From a virus (lineage: Duplodnaviria; Caudoviricetes), in the IMG/VR virus record IMGVR_UViG_3300050195_000096, positions 1 through 39,237 of that record: 39,237 bases of DNA; one strand, given 5' to 3'. Position numbers and translations under genes: made by a program. Positions 15,976 through 25,765 of this stretch are shown here, one piece after another; within the stretch, counting starts at the first letter, position 1; each line of letters starts with the position of its first letter. The notes under the pieces were generated by a model. The model was given only the letters and a program-made list of their open reading frames with translations, made no database searches and had not been told where the DNA came from.

Positions 15976-18900
15976 CTATTCTGCGTCCATATCTAAACGC
16001 TCACCTCCCATAATTTCAATCATCCTTCGCGCGTAGGGATTTCTATGATTATCCATGATCTGACTGATCTGGCTGGTGGTTGCATCCTTCATCCAGCCCT
16101 TCAGTGCTGTGCCATAGTTCTCAATCCGTCCACCGCTTTCTGCGTATCGAGACAGCAGCCGTTGACTATCTTCAGGTGTAATATCCTCACCATTGATAAT
16201 CTTAGTCTTAACCTCGTAGGCCAGACGTTCAAGCTTAGCCCGATCTTTGGCCTTGTAGGCCAATTGGCGAAATTGCTCATTACGTGCAATGCTTTCATCC
16301 ATTGGTTTTGCACCGGCCAAACGACTGAGCGTTGCAATGGATAGCAGATCATTGTTCGCAGAGATCATGTTTCCTTTACCTGTCGTAGATGCTCCTTGAA
16401 GAACTGCACCTAGACCTGCCAGCGGGCGGCTAAGCCCATTATGTTCCAAGCCCTGCAGAAATGTAGCTTTAACAGATCCATCACCACTGATGCCATCAGC
16501 AAAGTTGGAGATCAGATCATAGACTTTCACACCTGCTGCAAAAGCTGGCACATCCTTTGGATTGGTGGGAACAATCGTAAGGTACCGTGGATTGATATCT
16601 CCACGAGTGTAGAGGGCTGGAGCCTTATTAGAGAAGAACGGCATGGCACTGGCAGATCCAAACATTAGCCACTCACCATACTCCTTTCCAAAAATCTCAG
16701 ATGCCTTCGTATACATATCAGCGTGGCTGGAGTTAAGTTTGCCATTCCCAATGATATGCGTATTGATTGCATCAAACCCCGGCAATCCATTCAAACCATA
16801 GATACTGGTTTGCATTCCCAGCATGGTAGCCATGGCTGCTGCATCTCGATTCTCCACATGCCTGAATAATTGTTGCAGCATGTTAAAGGTATAAGTCTGG
16901 AACATGCCGATCGCTGCCCCCGTCGTACCTTGAAACAGGATTGGACGCTGCGATGCCAGATAGTTACCTTGGACTCGATTGACAAAGATGTTGATGAAAC
17001 TATTACGCTCCTGAGGACTCATAAGTCCTTTCTTAACAGCTCCTTCAGTAAGTTGATACATCATATCTGCAGACACAAAGCGCGTGAACTGTTCTGCAAA
17101 CTTATTTCCAGTGATGGCTTCTCCTTTAGATGCTGCGTTTTCCAGCCACTTACCTAGCTTGCTCGCCTCCACACCGACACCTGCACCTAACTCATCAATC
17201 ATTCGCCTGTGCAGATTCATTGTCCCATCAATCGCCCCAATACTCTTATAAAGCTCAATCCGCTCAGGATACTTCCAATAGTTGGCAGTAGCTTCAGCCA
17301 TCAGTTTACCTGTTGACTGCATTGCTCGACCGGAACCGTCAGGAAGATTGACCTTGGTCAAGCCCTCAAAGATTGCTGCCAGTTCAGGATCTTTGCTAAC
17401 AAGTTTACGCAGACTTTGAATCTCCGCACTTGCCATGACCGGAGTGGACAGTACGTTGACGATAGGATTGAGGAAGTCCAATCGAAGATTCGTAGTAGCG
17501 ATCAGGGCATTTGCGCGACCAATATATGCTCGGATGATATTCTTATCCGGTGCCGATTGCGCAGCAGTAAACAGACTCTCATCCTTGAAAGACTCTCCAA
17601 GACCATAACGTCGAAGCATTGGGCCAGCTTCTTCCCAACTGAGCTTACCGCTCTTCATCTCCTGATAACCTGCATTGATAGCTCGGTATGCACGTACACC
17701 TACCGCATCAATGAAGTCATTGGTCTGCTGAAGAATTGGATACTCTGCACGTTTGGAGATGTTAAGGGCTGTGCGAACATAGTCTCCGTAAGGATCATCC
17801 ACAGTGCGTGATGCGATCTTGCTGAGCCATCCAGTCTTGGAGGTAGCTGCTTTGGTGTATTCCTCAGACAAGTTACCAAGTTCTGCGAACAGGCTATGAT
17901 ACTTTGTGGATACTGCATCGCGGACGAGTGCGTGCTCTGCCCGTCGCGTGTAGTTAAGAAACTCACTTACAACACTCTCAGGATTCATATTCGGCATGAA
18001 CTCAAAGAATACCCCACGACGCTTGAGCTCAGAGTTTATACCGCTCTCATTCAAAGTTCTACCATATTCATACTCTCCTTTTGCCTTAAAGAAGTTTTCA
18101 CCATCTTGCTTGAACCAAACATCAAAGCCTTCAGACTTAACTCGCGCAGATAGCTTCATCAAGTCGGCCTCAGTCTTTGCAGTTAGCACACCTACATCAG
18201 TGCGTCCAAAGACTGCACCATCTTTAGCCTTGACAAACGCGAAGAATGGCTGCTTGGTCGTATCAATGGGCGGTGCATAGAAAGTGCCCGGTTCGTGATT
18301 ATGTCCCAGACCGTGAGCATTTGCCAGCACTCCACGCTGCTCCATGCGGATATCATTATTCTTGATCCATTGCTGCATGAAGCTTGCAACATCATCATCT
18401 GCTATCTTAAACAGCTTTTCCTTACCAGCCTGTCCTGCAATAGCAGCTTCCTTCCATGCAACGAATGCTTCAGGATCTTCACCGGCAAGTTCAGCCATAG
18501 CCCGTGAGACTAGGTAGTTGCCTGGCATACCCTGCTCAACAGTCATCATCACAAGCTTCTCATCTGTGCTGCGTGCCACATTAGAGATAGCTGCCAGTTC
18601 CGCGGCTTTGCTTGGATTCTGCAGGATCTTTGTCAAGGTTCCCTGCAGTGCCAGTGCTGCAGTGTTGGCACGCTCACTGCCGATCAATTCTACTTGACTG
18701 CCAGTGTACTGCACAAATGATCCGAGCTTGTTTTCATACCCTGCATTACTGGATCCAAATAGTGAGGCTCCTGCGCCCTGCCGAGTAGCATTGGCAGCAT
18801 CTGCGAAAGAGCTATCTGGAGCAATGAACCTAGATTCCTGATTACCTAGGACAGTCTTTGCTGCTGTGACCAGTTTCTCCTCTGCAATCTGCATACGCTG

Positions 18901-20859
18901 TTTATGATCTACATACGCATCTAGAAAATCTGGTTTGCGCGCCCCATCTGCGTAACTAAGTTTGAGATTCTCGGGTGACCTATAGGAGTTGAGATCCTTG
19001 AATGCCCCAGCTTCCACAGCCTTAAAGTCATTCGCAATGGTGGTTTGAACCCAATCCTGCGTTGCATTCAAGCGATAAGCAAGCTCCTGAATGTCTGGAC
19101 TATTGTATCGAACAATGTAATCTTTAAGCAGGTCTGCCTTATGATTTACCAGCCACTTAGAGTATCCACCTGCAGTGAAGATATCATTCAGCTTAAGCTC
19201 GCCAATCTTAGTATTTAATGGGATGCCTTCCGGATTTATACGAATACGCTCAAGCAGTGAAATATCTTCAGGATTGATTGATGTGGGAATCCTGCTAGCA
19301 TCAAGCTCAGATGCCCAAAGGTGACGAGCAGTGGCCTCGATAGTGGAGATTGGATCCTCTGGATTGTATGCAAGTTTAATATCAACAGTCTGAGACCCTG
19401 CAGTAATCCCCCTAGAAGTTACTAGGACTGGCGACTTAGTTGTAGACACATCGCCAATAGTGGCAAGTGTTGAGAAACTGTGTGCACCTGTCTCAGCATT
19501 GTAAAAGATTTTTGGAGAATTGGTGATATCTAAGCCAGTGCTCTTTACCTCCTCGATAGTAGCCTTTCCCGTCCCTTGAATAGCAATGCCATCATAACCA
19601 CTACGTTTGGCCATGGCAAGAACTTCATCTTCAGTGACCGTAGCTTCCATGCGGAAGAATTTCTTAGCCTCATCCAGCGAGCTAAACTTGCGGGCCGAGA
19701 GATACCCATTGCCTGCAAAGGTTAACGCCTCACCCTTAAAGATACTAGCTGCACCCTCGCCAATACTTTCAGCCTTACTCAATCCTAAGAGAGTTCCACC
19801 AATCCTAGCATTAACGTCATGGTCACTCACACCACGCTCAATGCCCTCTTTTCTCAGCTTAATAAAGCTGCCGGCAAGAGCACTGCCTGCAAGTGCATCA
19901 CCTGCCCCGTCTCGCACGGTTTGTTCAAACTCATTAAGTGCTTTTACCGATACTGCTCGTACCTTGGCATCCATGATACCTGACAAGTCGAACTCAGTGC
20001 TAAACTTCTGACCACTCAAAGTCCAACCGTAACTAACTTTCGTTTGAACATTCTTAAGCACATCATCCGGAATAGAACTAATATGCGTCAAGGCATCGAA
20101 TGCCTTATCCCCAAACGCTAGATCCTTTGCACTGTCAGAGACATAGCGATCAACTTTACGGATATTGCTATCAATGAGCGTGGCTGCCTGCTTGTAGATC
20201 CCCTTAGCAAAGAGTCCTTCAACTGCTCCTCCAATAGCTCCGCCGATCATGGTATCGCGTGCAACTTCCCACGCAATGTCGCCCATGTCTTTACCTTCAA
20301 ACATAGGCGAAGCGTGCAGAGTGGCTGCAGTTGCAATGGTAGCTGCAGCAGATTGCAACGCATTATCTGCTATACCCCAAGTAACACTCTTCAAGAAGTT
20401 ACGATTCAATTGAGTAAAGATCGTTCCACCATCCGTAGCCAGTTCCTTCATGGCTGCATTAAGATAACTAGATTGCTTCGTTGCAGTGTATCCAAGGACA
20501 CGACCGATCGGACCAACTGCCTCACCGTAGCGAAGCATGTTAAGTCCTTTAACAGCCAGTGTTGAGGGAATGAGAGAAGCCGCGACGAAACCTACGGTGT
20601 CAATTGCGGATTTATTCTGGTCGTAGTAGCTTCCCCAATTCTCATCCACCGAGCGAAGCGTAGCCGCTGTATCTGCCTTCTCCATATCACCACCGAAGAA
20701 GTTAACACCTGAGGCCACAGAATTATAAATACTGTAGAGTCCAGACGTAACTGCGCCAGCCGTGAAAGCTAAACCCCTTTCGGGGTAGCTCATGGCCTCA
20801 GCTTGGAGTCGGCTAGTGTTAGCTGCAGTGATGATTGGAAGTTCTTGATTGAATGCCAT
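15976..20859 (-). CDS. large internal virion / DNA ejection protein
   Basis: 1627 aa, Ala/Gly-rich helical, last gene of the structural arm as in podoviruses. Confidence 0.7.
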   Translation of the reverse strand: MAFNQELPIITAANTSRLQAEAMSYPERGLAFTAGAVTSGLYSIYNSVASGVNFFGGDMEKADTAATLRSVDENWGSYYDQNKSAIDTVGFVAASLIPSTLAVKGLNMLRYGEAVGPIGRVLGYTATKQSSYLNAAMKELATDGGTIFTQLNRNFLKSVTWGIADNALQSAAATIATAATLHASPMFEGKDMGDIAWEVARDTMIGGAIGGAVEGLFAKGIYKQAATLIDSNIRKVDRYVSDSAKDLAFGDKAFDALTHISSIPDDVLKNVQTKVSYGWTLSGQKFSTEFDLSGIMDAKVRAVSVKALNEFEQTVRDGAGDALAGSALAGSFIKLRKEGIERGVSDHDVNARIGGTLLGLSKAESIGEGAASIFKGEALTFAGNGYLSARKFSSLDEAKKFFRMEATVTEDEVLAMAKRSGYDGIAIQGTGKATIEEVKSTGLDITNSPKIFYNAETGAHSFSTLATIGDVSTTKSPVLVTSRGITAGSQTVDIKLAYNPEDPISTIEATARHLWASELDASRIPTSINPEDISLLERIRINPEGIPLNTKIGELKLNDIFTAGGYSKWLVNHKADLLKDYIVRYNSPDIQELAYRLNATQDWVQTTIANDFKAVEAGAFKDLNSYRSPENLKLSYADGARKPDFLDAYVDHKQRMQIAEEKLVTAAKTVLGNQESRFIAPDSSFADAANATRQGAGASLFGSSNAGYENKLGSFVQYTGSQVELIGSERANTAALALQGTLTKILQNPSKAAELAAISNVARSTDEKLVMMTVEQGMPGNYLVSRAMAELAGEDPEAFVAWKEAAIAGQAGKEKLFKIADDDVASFMQQWIKNNDIRMEQRGVLANAHGLGHNHEPGTFYAPPIDTTKQPFFAFVKAKDGAVFGRTDVGVLTAKTEADLMKLSARVKSEGFDVWFKQDGENFFKAKGEYEYGRTLNESGINSELKRRGVFFEFMPNMNPESVVSEFLNYTRRAEHALVRDAVSTKYHSLFAELGNLSEEYTKAATSKTGWLSKIASRTVDDPYGDYVRTALNISKRAEYPILQQTNDFIDAVGVRAYRAINAGYQEMKSGKLSWEEAGPMLRRYGLGESFKDESLFTAAQSAPDKNIIRAYIGRANALIATTNLRLDFLNPIVNVLSTPVMASAEIQSLRKLVSKDPELAAIFEGLTKVNLPDGSGRAMQSTGKLMAEATANYWKYPERIELYKSIGAIDGTMNLHRRMIDELGAGVGVEASKLGKWLENAASKGEAITGNKFAEQFTRFVSADMMYQLTEGAVKKGLMSPQERNSFINIFVNRVQGNYLASQRPILFQGTTGAAIGMFQTYTFNMLQQLFRHVENRDAAAMATMLGMQTSIYGLNGLPGFDAINTHIIGNGKLNSSHADMYTKASEIFGKEYGEWLMFGSASAMPFFSNKAPALYTRGDINPRYLTIVPTNPKDVPAFAAGVKVYDLISNFADGISGDGSVKATFLQGLEHNGLSRPLAGLGAVLQGASTTGKGNMISANNDLLSIATLSRLAGAKPMDESIARNEQFRQLAYKAKDRAKLERLAYEVKTKIINGEDITPEDSQRLLSRYAESGGRIENYGTALKGWMKDATTSQISQIMDNHRNPYARRMIEIMGGERLDMDAE

Positions 20860-20871
20860 GAGTTTGATTCC

Positions 20872-22785
20872 TTAATTGAAGAAAGGTGAAGATGACCTAC
20901 CAATGCCCGACTTTTGAATTCGAGGCGTACCACCACTGTCAAACATCTCAGGTGCTTGCCAGGGCATCATTTCAGTTTGTGTAACTTGAATGAGCAAGTA
21001 TTGCTCAATGCTTGCCTTGCTCATCAGATTGGTTTGCTTACCACCAATCATTGCAGGATAGCCATCTGGAAGTTTAATTCCAAGAGTGCCATAACCTTTA
21101 TCTGCAAACTGAGTCTTCAATCCATTAGAATAAAGCTTAGCCATGTCATCTGCCAGTTTGGGAATACTCTTCACATCCTTACGTGCAGTAGCAGCCACAA
21201 CGGCCAAGGCCTCAGCATCTCCAAACGTTGGAGACTTACGAGCATCACTACTCAGAATTGCCTTGGTCACAGAGTTATCTGCAAATTCACCTTTCAATGA
21301 GGCATCTCCGATGCGCAGCTTATAGATGTTATTCGGCTGTGCCTTACCAGATACGAAGTCAGTGAGCTGATCTGTGAGATATCCATCTACGCTTGCAACG
21401 ATAGTCTCTGGTCCTCCCTTGAGCTTTTTAAGTTCCGCCTTAGCTGCATCAGCTTTCACTGGATCCGCCATATTACCTGCCACTGCTTGTAGACTTCCAA
21501 GCCACTGCTTTCCGCCTTCTTGCAGATCATTCATTGCCTGCGCTTTACGTTGATCTACTCGCGTCATCTGCTCCGGACCGATTCCCATGAACTTCAGTGC
21601 AGCTAAATGCTCTCCTGGAGAATCTCCAAGAGCTTGACCTGAGCCAAGCTTAATCCACAGTTGCCGCTCAACCGGACTCATCATTTTAGCTGTAGTCTTA
21701 TTTACAGCTTCAAACATATACCGATTGCGCGGTTCATTGATGAGTCTCAATTCCTCAGTTTCTGCATCATCCTTCTGCTTAACATCAGAAAGTTGCGCAC
21801 TGGCCATATCCGTAGTGGTCTGAAGTTTAATGACCTGCGCTTGAATATCCAAGGGGATATTACTTAGGCGCATACGCTCAACCAAGTCACTTACAACGGC
21901 GCGATTAGCGTCTACCTTAGCCTTCTGTGCAATGGTCTCAGCCTCAGTGGAAATTGCAGCAGTCTGAGCCAGTTGGATCTGACGCAGATTCTCACTGGAG
22001 GCTGCAGGTGAAATAGATAGCTGATTGGCTACCAGCTTTTGACGATCACTGATATCTTGCAAAGCTGCATTCTCAGTGCGCACTAGCGAGTTATGCTGCC
22101 CGATCGTAACCTCATTTTTAAGCTGACCGATAAACCAGCCGAATGGATCCTTTAATGGATCAATCTGAGAGTTTGCATTGATCTGATTAGCTAGAACTTC
22201 TCGCTGACTTCGCAGATCCTCTGCATCCATGATCCGTCGGTTGATTAGGGACTGCGCATCCGTTGCATTGATGCCAGCGGATGTTAGCAACGCTTCCTGT
22301 GCCCTAGCCTGCTCTGCCTGTGCACCTACTTTGGTATAGGCTAGAACTGCATTAGCTTTACCTGAGGTCTCAGCAGCAGATCCATAGGCACTGATGGCCT
22401 TCTGAGTGTTACTAGAGGCAGTATCAAATGCGGATAGCAGGTTGCGAGTGGTTGCCTCAGCTTCGGCCGCAGTTTGCTGGAATGTCCCACGCTGCTCCGC
22501 GGTGCCGCGCTCCTTGGTCTGATAACTAATACTACTGGTAGCTTTAGTATCTGCAGGGATCTGACTGGATTGCTTAGGAACTGTGCCAGATAGCTGCATT
22601 GCAATTTTACGCGCAGTCTCCTTTGGATCACCTTGAAAAGTCACAGGCTGCCCACCAGAATCTGCCTTAAATGCAGCAAGCAGTTTATCAGGATCTGCAC
22701 CGAATTCGATACCTGCAGATGCCACCATCATGGCAGCTTCATCAGAACTGAGAGTGGTTTTAGTGGTGTTAATCGCCATTGTCAT
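20872..22785 (-). CDS. internal virion / ejection protein
   Basis: 637 aa, Ala/Gln coiled-coil character, position in ejectosome block. Confidence 0.65.
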   Translation of the reverse strand: MTMAINTTKTTLSSDEAAMMVASAGIEFGADPDKLLAAFKADSGGQPVTFQGDPKETARKIAMQLSGTVPKQSSQIPADTKATSSISYQTKERGTAEQRGTFQQTAAEAEATTRNLLSAFDTASSNTQKAISAYGSAAETSGKANAVLAYTKVGAQAEQARAQEALLTSAGINATDAQSLINRRIMDAEDLRSQREVLANQINANSQIDPLKDPFGWFIGQLKNEVTIGQHNSLVRTENAALQDISDRQKLVANQLSISPAASSENLRQIQLAQTAAISTEAETIAQKAKVDANRAVVSDLVERMRLSNIPLDIQAQVIKLQTTTDMASAQLSDVKQKDDAETEELRLINEPRNRYMFEAVNKTTAKMMSPVERQLWIKLGSGQALGDSPGEHLAALKFMGIGPEQMTRVDQRKAQAMNDLQEGGKQWLGSLQAVAGNMADPVKADAAKAELKKLKGGPETIVASVDGYLTDQLTDFVSGKAQPNNIYKLRIGDASLKGEFADNSVTKAILSSDARKSPTFGDAEALAVVAATARKDVKSIPKLADDMAKLYSNGLKTQFADKGYGTLGIKLPDGYPAMIGGKQTNLMSKASIEQYLLIQVTQTEMMPWQAPEMFDSGGTPRIQKSGIGRSSSPFFN

Positions 22786-23681
22786 TCTCCTTCACTTGTT
22801 CCGTAAGTAGTATAACCACTGTAGGGATTACTCGGATTGCTGAAATAAGTATCGTATGGATTTTCATACGTTGAGGTGGGCGTATATCCACTACTTTCCG
22901 CAGGCTTAGTAGTTGTAACTTCACCTGTTACAGAGTTTTTATACCCAAGCAACTGCCCCTGAACCGTGACGGAATTCGCATTGTAGCCGGTTGGCGATGT
23001 TCCGGGAGCATAGGTTTTTGCTCCGTAGACTGGATCGTAGGTAGGAGCAGGAGTAGGAGCAGCCGCAGGAGTAGATTGAATGCGATTATCATAATTAAGT
23101 GCCGCTTCAGCCTCTGCATCTCCCAAAGCTGCATTAGCCTCAAGATCTGCCGTAGGATTATTCCCAGCAGTTTCTCCAACTGCAGGCTCACGCAAGGCTT
23201 GAATAGCCTGATAAGATGCAACAGTTTCAGCACCGATGCCAAATAGGGATTTAAGAAGTCCTGCAGCATTGCCGGTAGCAATGGATGCAAGTCCACCGAC
23301 AATGTTACCTGGGTGGGAACTCAGTGCACCCCCCAATGCAATTCCCCAATCGCTGCCATCAGAGCTTCCTGAGGATGCGCTGGGAGAGCTATCAGATGCG
23401 CCAGAGAAGTCGTAGATGCTTCCCGAGGAACTTGAACTAGAGCTAGAGCTAGATCCAGATCCAGAAGATACGGGTGCCGTTGGAGAGGCTCCAGCTCCAG
23501 CAGTTGCGACAGCGCCCGTACTAAATGCGCCCATAAGCTCATCAAACATCTGAGAAGATGGCATGAATGAACTTGGATCTACAGTCCCCTTACCGCGCGC
23601 AGCTTGCAATTCCATCATTTTTGCAGTGTGCGTTTGGTAAAAGGCCAATTGATCCGCCAAGAATGGAGATTTATCAGCCAT
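22782..23681 (-). CDS. low-complexity virion protein (probable ejection protein)
   Basis: start MADKSPF at 23681 after AAGG; poly-Ser, Gly-rich hydrophobic segment, PT repeats, Tyr-rich C-terminus. Confidence 0.6.
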   Translation of the reverse strand: MADKSPFLADQLAFYQTHTAKMMELQAARGKGTVDPSSFMPSSQMFDELMGAFSTGAVATAGAGASPTAPVSSGSGSSSSSSSSSSGSIYDFSGASDSSPSASSGSSDGSDWGIALGGALSSHPGNIVGGLASIATGNAAGLLKSLFGIGAETVASYQAIQALREPAVGETAGNNPTADLEANAALGDAEAEAALNYDNRIQSTPAAAPTPAPTYDPVYGAKTYAPGTSPTGYNANSVTVQGQLLGYKNSVTGEVTTTKPAESSGYTPTSTYENPYDTYFSNPSNPYSGYTTYGTSEGE

Positions 23682-23692
23682 ACTTTTTAACC

Positions 23693-25288
23693 TTAAGAGT
23701 CTGAGAACAAACCACTCAACCAATCATAGGCCCCAGAGGCTGCACCTGCAACACCTGAGCCAACATCTGACCAGTTTACATTACTTAGCAAGCTAGATCC
23801 TGCAGATCCTGCAAGAAGGGTAGTCAGTAGGGGCACCAGGTTATCTGTGTTGATTGCGTTCACGGAATCTGTAGTTCCAGCCTTTGTCCCAGTAGTATTT
23901 CCAGATGTAGCCGCCTGCTGATTCTGCGTCTGCGTTTGTGCAGTTGTTCCAGTGGTCAGTGACTTCAATGCATCAGTGATGTTCTGAACCTGTTGTTGGT
24001 TGCTGGTACCAGTCACACCTGTATTAGATGTTTGATTCTGATTCTGCGTTGAGGTAGTGTTAGTGGTTCCGGCAGTATTTGCTGTTTGATTCTGACTATT
24101 AGCCGCAGTAGTAGCTGTGGTTCCTGACGTATTAGCCACTTGATTCTGACTATTGGTGGCCGCAGTCGCTACATTACTCAGAAGATTAGCAATCTGATTT
24201 TGCGTAGTTGCAGCAGTGGTTGCCACAGTTCCAGCGGTATTGGCCAGTTGATTTTGCGTGGACGTTCCAGTAGTGGCAGTAGTTCCAGACGTGTTAGAAA
24301 CTTGATTCTGAGCCGTAGTCCCTGTGGTTCCAGTTGTCCCTGTAGTGGCAGCCTGCTGATTCTGAGCAGTAGTGGTTCCAACAGTTCCAGTATCGGTCAC
24401 TGCCTTAGTGCTGGCAGCGATGTTAGCTGCAGTTGAGCTAGCTGCATTGGTTTGCTGTGCGTTCAAGCCTACAACTTGCGCAGCCAAGTCCCGCTGAAGC
24501 GTCTCAAGGCCGCGAGCAAATGCACTGTTCCCAGAAGTATTAGCTCCGAGAGAGTTTGCGTAAGTCTGTGCCAATCCTGGAACCGCCTTAGATCCTTCCT
24601 GATAGATTGCTGCGATCTGCTCAGGAGTAATGCCGGCCATTTGCGTTTGTAGAACTTTCTGCAAGCCTGCAATGTCTGCGGTAGACGAGCTAGTGTTTGT
24701 ACTGGTCTGATTCTGCGTACCAGTGCTCGTAGTTCCAGTGTTCTGATTAGTTACCTGGTTCTGCGAGGTAGTTCCAGTTGATGCTAAGTTCTGAAGTTGA
24801 GACTGAATCTGATTCTGCGCAGTAGTTCCAGACGTAGTGGTTGCCGCAGTCTGGTTGGTAGCTTGGTTCTGAACTTCTGTGCCGGACGTATTGGTATTCT
24901 GAGTTTGATTGGTGGCTTGATTTTGCGTAGAGGTTCCTGAAGTATTGGTAGCTGCGGTCTGATTCGTGGCTTGATTCTGGGTGGAAGTTCCCGAGGTATT
25001 TGTCGTTGCAAGCTGGTTACTGGTTTGAGCTTGCGTAGTCGCTAACTGGGATAGGATATTGGCAATCGTATTCTGCGTGGTAGATCCTGTAGTTCCCACA
25101 GTTCCCGTAGTAGTCTTGTTGGAATCTACTGCCTGACTACTTGAACCTTGAGTGTTCAATGCATTGATGAGAGTCTGAACACTATCACTGGTTCCAGTAG
25201 TGGACTCACCAGCTTTAGTAGACGTGGCACTACCTAGAATTCCCTGAAGCAGTGAAAGAATTCCACTGGATGCGATCTCAGATGCCAT
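23693..25288 (-). CDS. Thr/Gln/Asn repeat virion protein (probable ejection protein)
   Basis: 531 aa, AAGGAG RBS, 18-aa periodic QNQ repeats, amphipathic termini. Confidence 0.75.
   Translation of the reverse strand: MASEIASSGILSLLQGILGSATSTKAGESTTGTSDSVQTLINALNTQGSSSQAVDSNKTTTGTVGTTGSTTQNTIANILSQLATTQAQTSNQLATTNTSGTSTQNQATNQTAATNTSGTSTQNQATNQTQNTNTSGTEVQNQATNQTAATTTSGTTAQNQIQSQLQNLASTGTTSQNQVTNQNTGTTSTGTQNQTSTNTSSSTADIAGLQKVLQTQMAGITPEQIAAIYQEGSKAVPGLAQTYANSLGANTSGNSAFARGLETLQRDLAAQVVGLNAQQTNAASSTAANIAASTKAVTDTGTVGTTTAQNQQAATTGTTGTTGTTAQNQVSNTSGTTATTGTSTQNQLANTAGTVATTAATTQNQIANLLSNVATAATNSQNQVANTSGTTATTAANSQNQTANTAGTTNTTSTQNQNQTSNTGVTGTSNQQQVQNITDALKSLTTGTTAQTQTQNQQAATSGNTTGTKAGTTDSVNAINTDNLVPLLTTLLAGSAGSSLLSNVNWSDVGSGVAGAASGAYDWLSGLFSDS
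23849..24400 (-). repeat. C-terminal arm of degenerate 54-bp (18-aa) repeats
   Basis: QNQ at residues 309, 327, 345, 363, 381, 399, 415. Confidence 0.85.
24680..25228 (-). repeat. N-terminal arm of degenerate 54-bp (18-aa) repeats
   Basis: TNTSGTxxQNQATNQTxx; QNQ at residues 104, 122, 140, 158, 176, 192. Confidence 0.85.
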
Positions 25289-25300
25289 GAGTTTTGCTCC

Positions 25301-25765
25301 TTAAAGAAGGGTGATAACAAGATTAGACAGTGGGTGTACGGACACACTAACACTATCGGTGTACATTGTTACTTGCAGGAGCCCTGGAACACTGGGTTCG
25401 CATACGCCCACAAGCCTATACAATGTTTTCAATTGAGTTCCTCCACTATTCCATGTTCGATAACTTGATGCAGGTGCAGAAACCTCATATCTCAGATAAT
25501 TAACATCTGGACCATTGACAGATAGGAGGCAGCCCACGTCAGGTGCATTTAAGTAAACTGAGGCCTCAAAACGCACTCTGGAGGATATACGAGCGGCAAG
25601 CTTATTGCTTAGTGGCAGATAACTATCAGACACAAATGTTAGTTGTGTTCCAAGGATTGAGATCTGTGGAAGAGAATCTCGTAAATATTGAAGATTATCA
25701 AATGCCGCATCAAGATCAGTTATTGAATCACCTGATCTATATAGGCCAAGTGGGTTAGTTGCCAT
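25301..25765 (-). CDS. small beta-rich virion/tail protein
   Basis: 154 aa, AGGAG RBS, overlaps stop of tail gene. Confidence 0.6.
   Translation of the reverse strand: MATNPLGLYRSGDSITDLDAAFDNLQYLRDSLPQISILGTQLTFVSDSYLPLSNKLAARISSRVRFEASVYLNAPDVGCLLSVNGPDVNYLRYEVSAPASSYRTWNSGGTQLKTLYRLVGVCEPSVPGLLQVTMYTDSVSVSVHPLSNLVITLL

Noticed and set aside
15976-20859. Virion RNA polymerase
   Set aside because: No DxDGD or T7-type polymerase motifs found by eye, and much shorter than N4 vRNAP
23693-25288. Ice-nucleation or antifreeze protein
   Set aside because: Lacks the AGYGSTxTA 16-aa consensus; period is 18 and context is the virion ejection block
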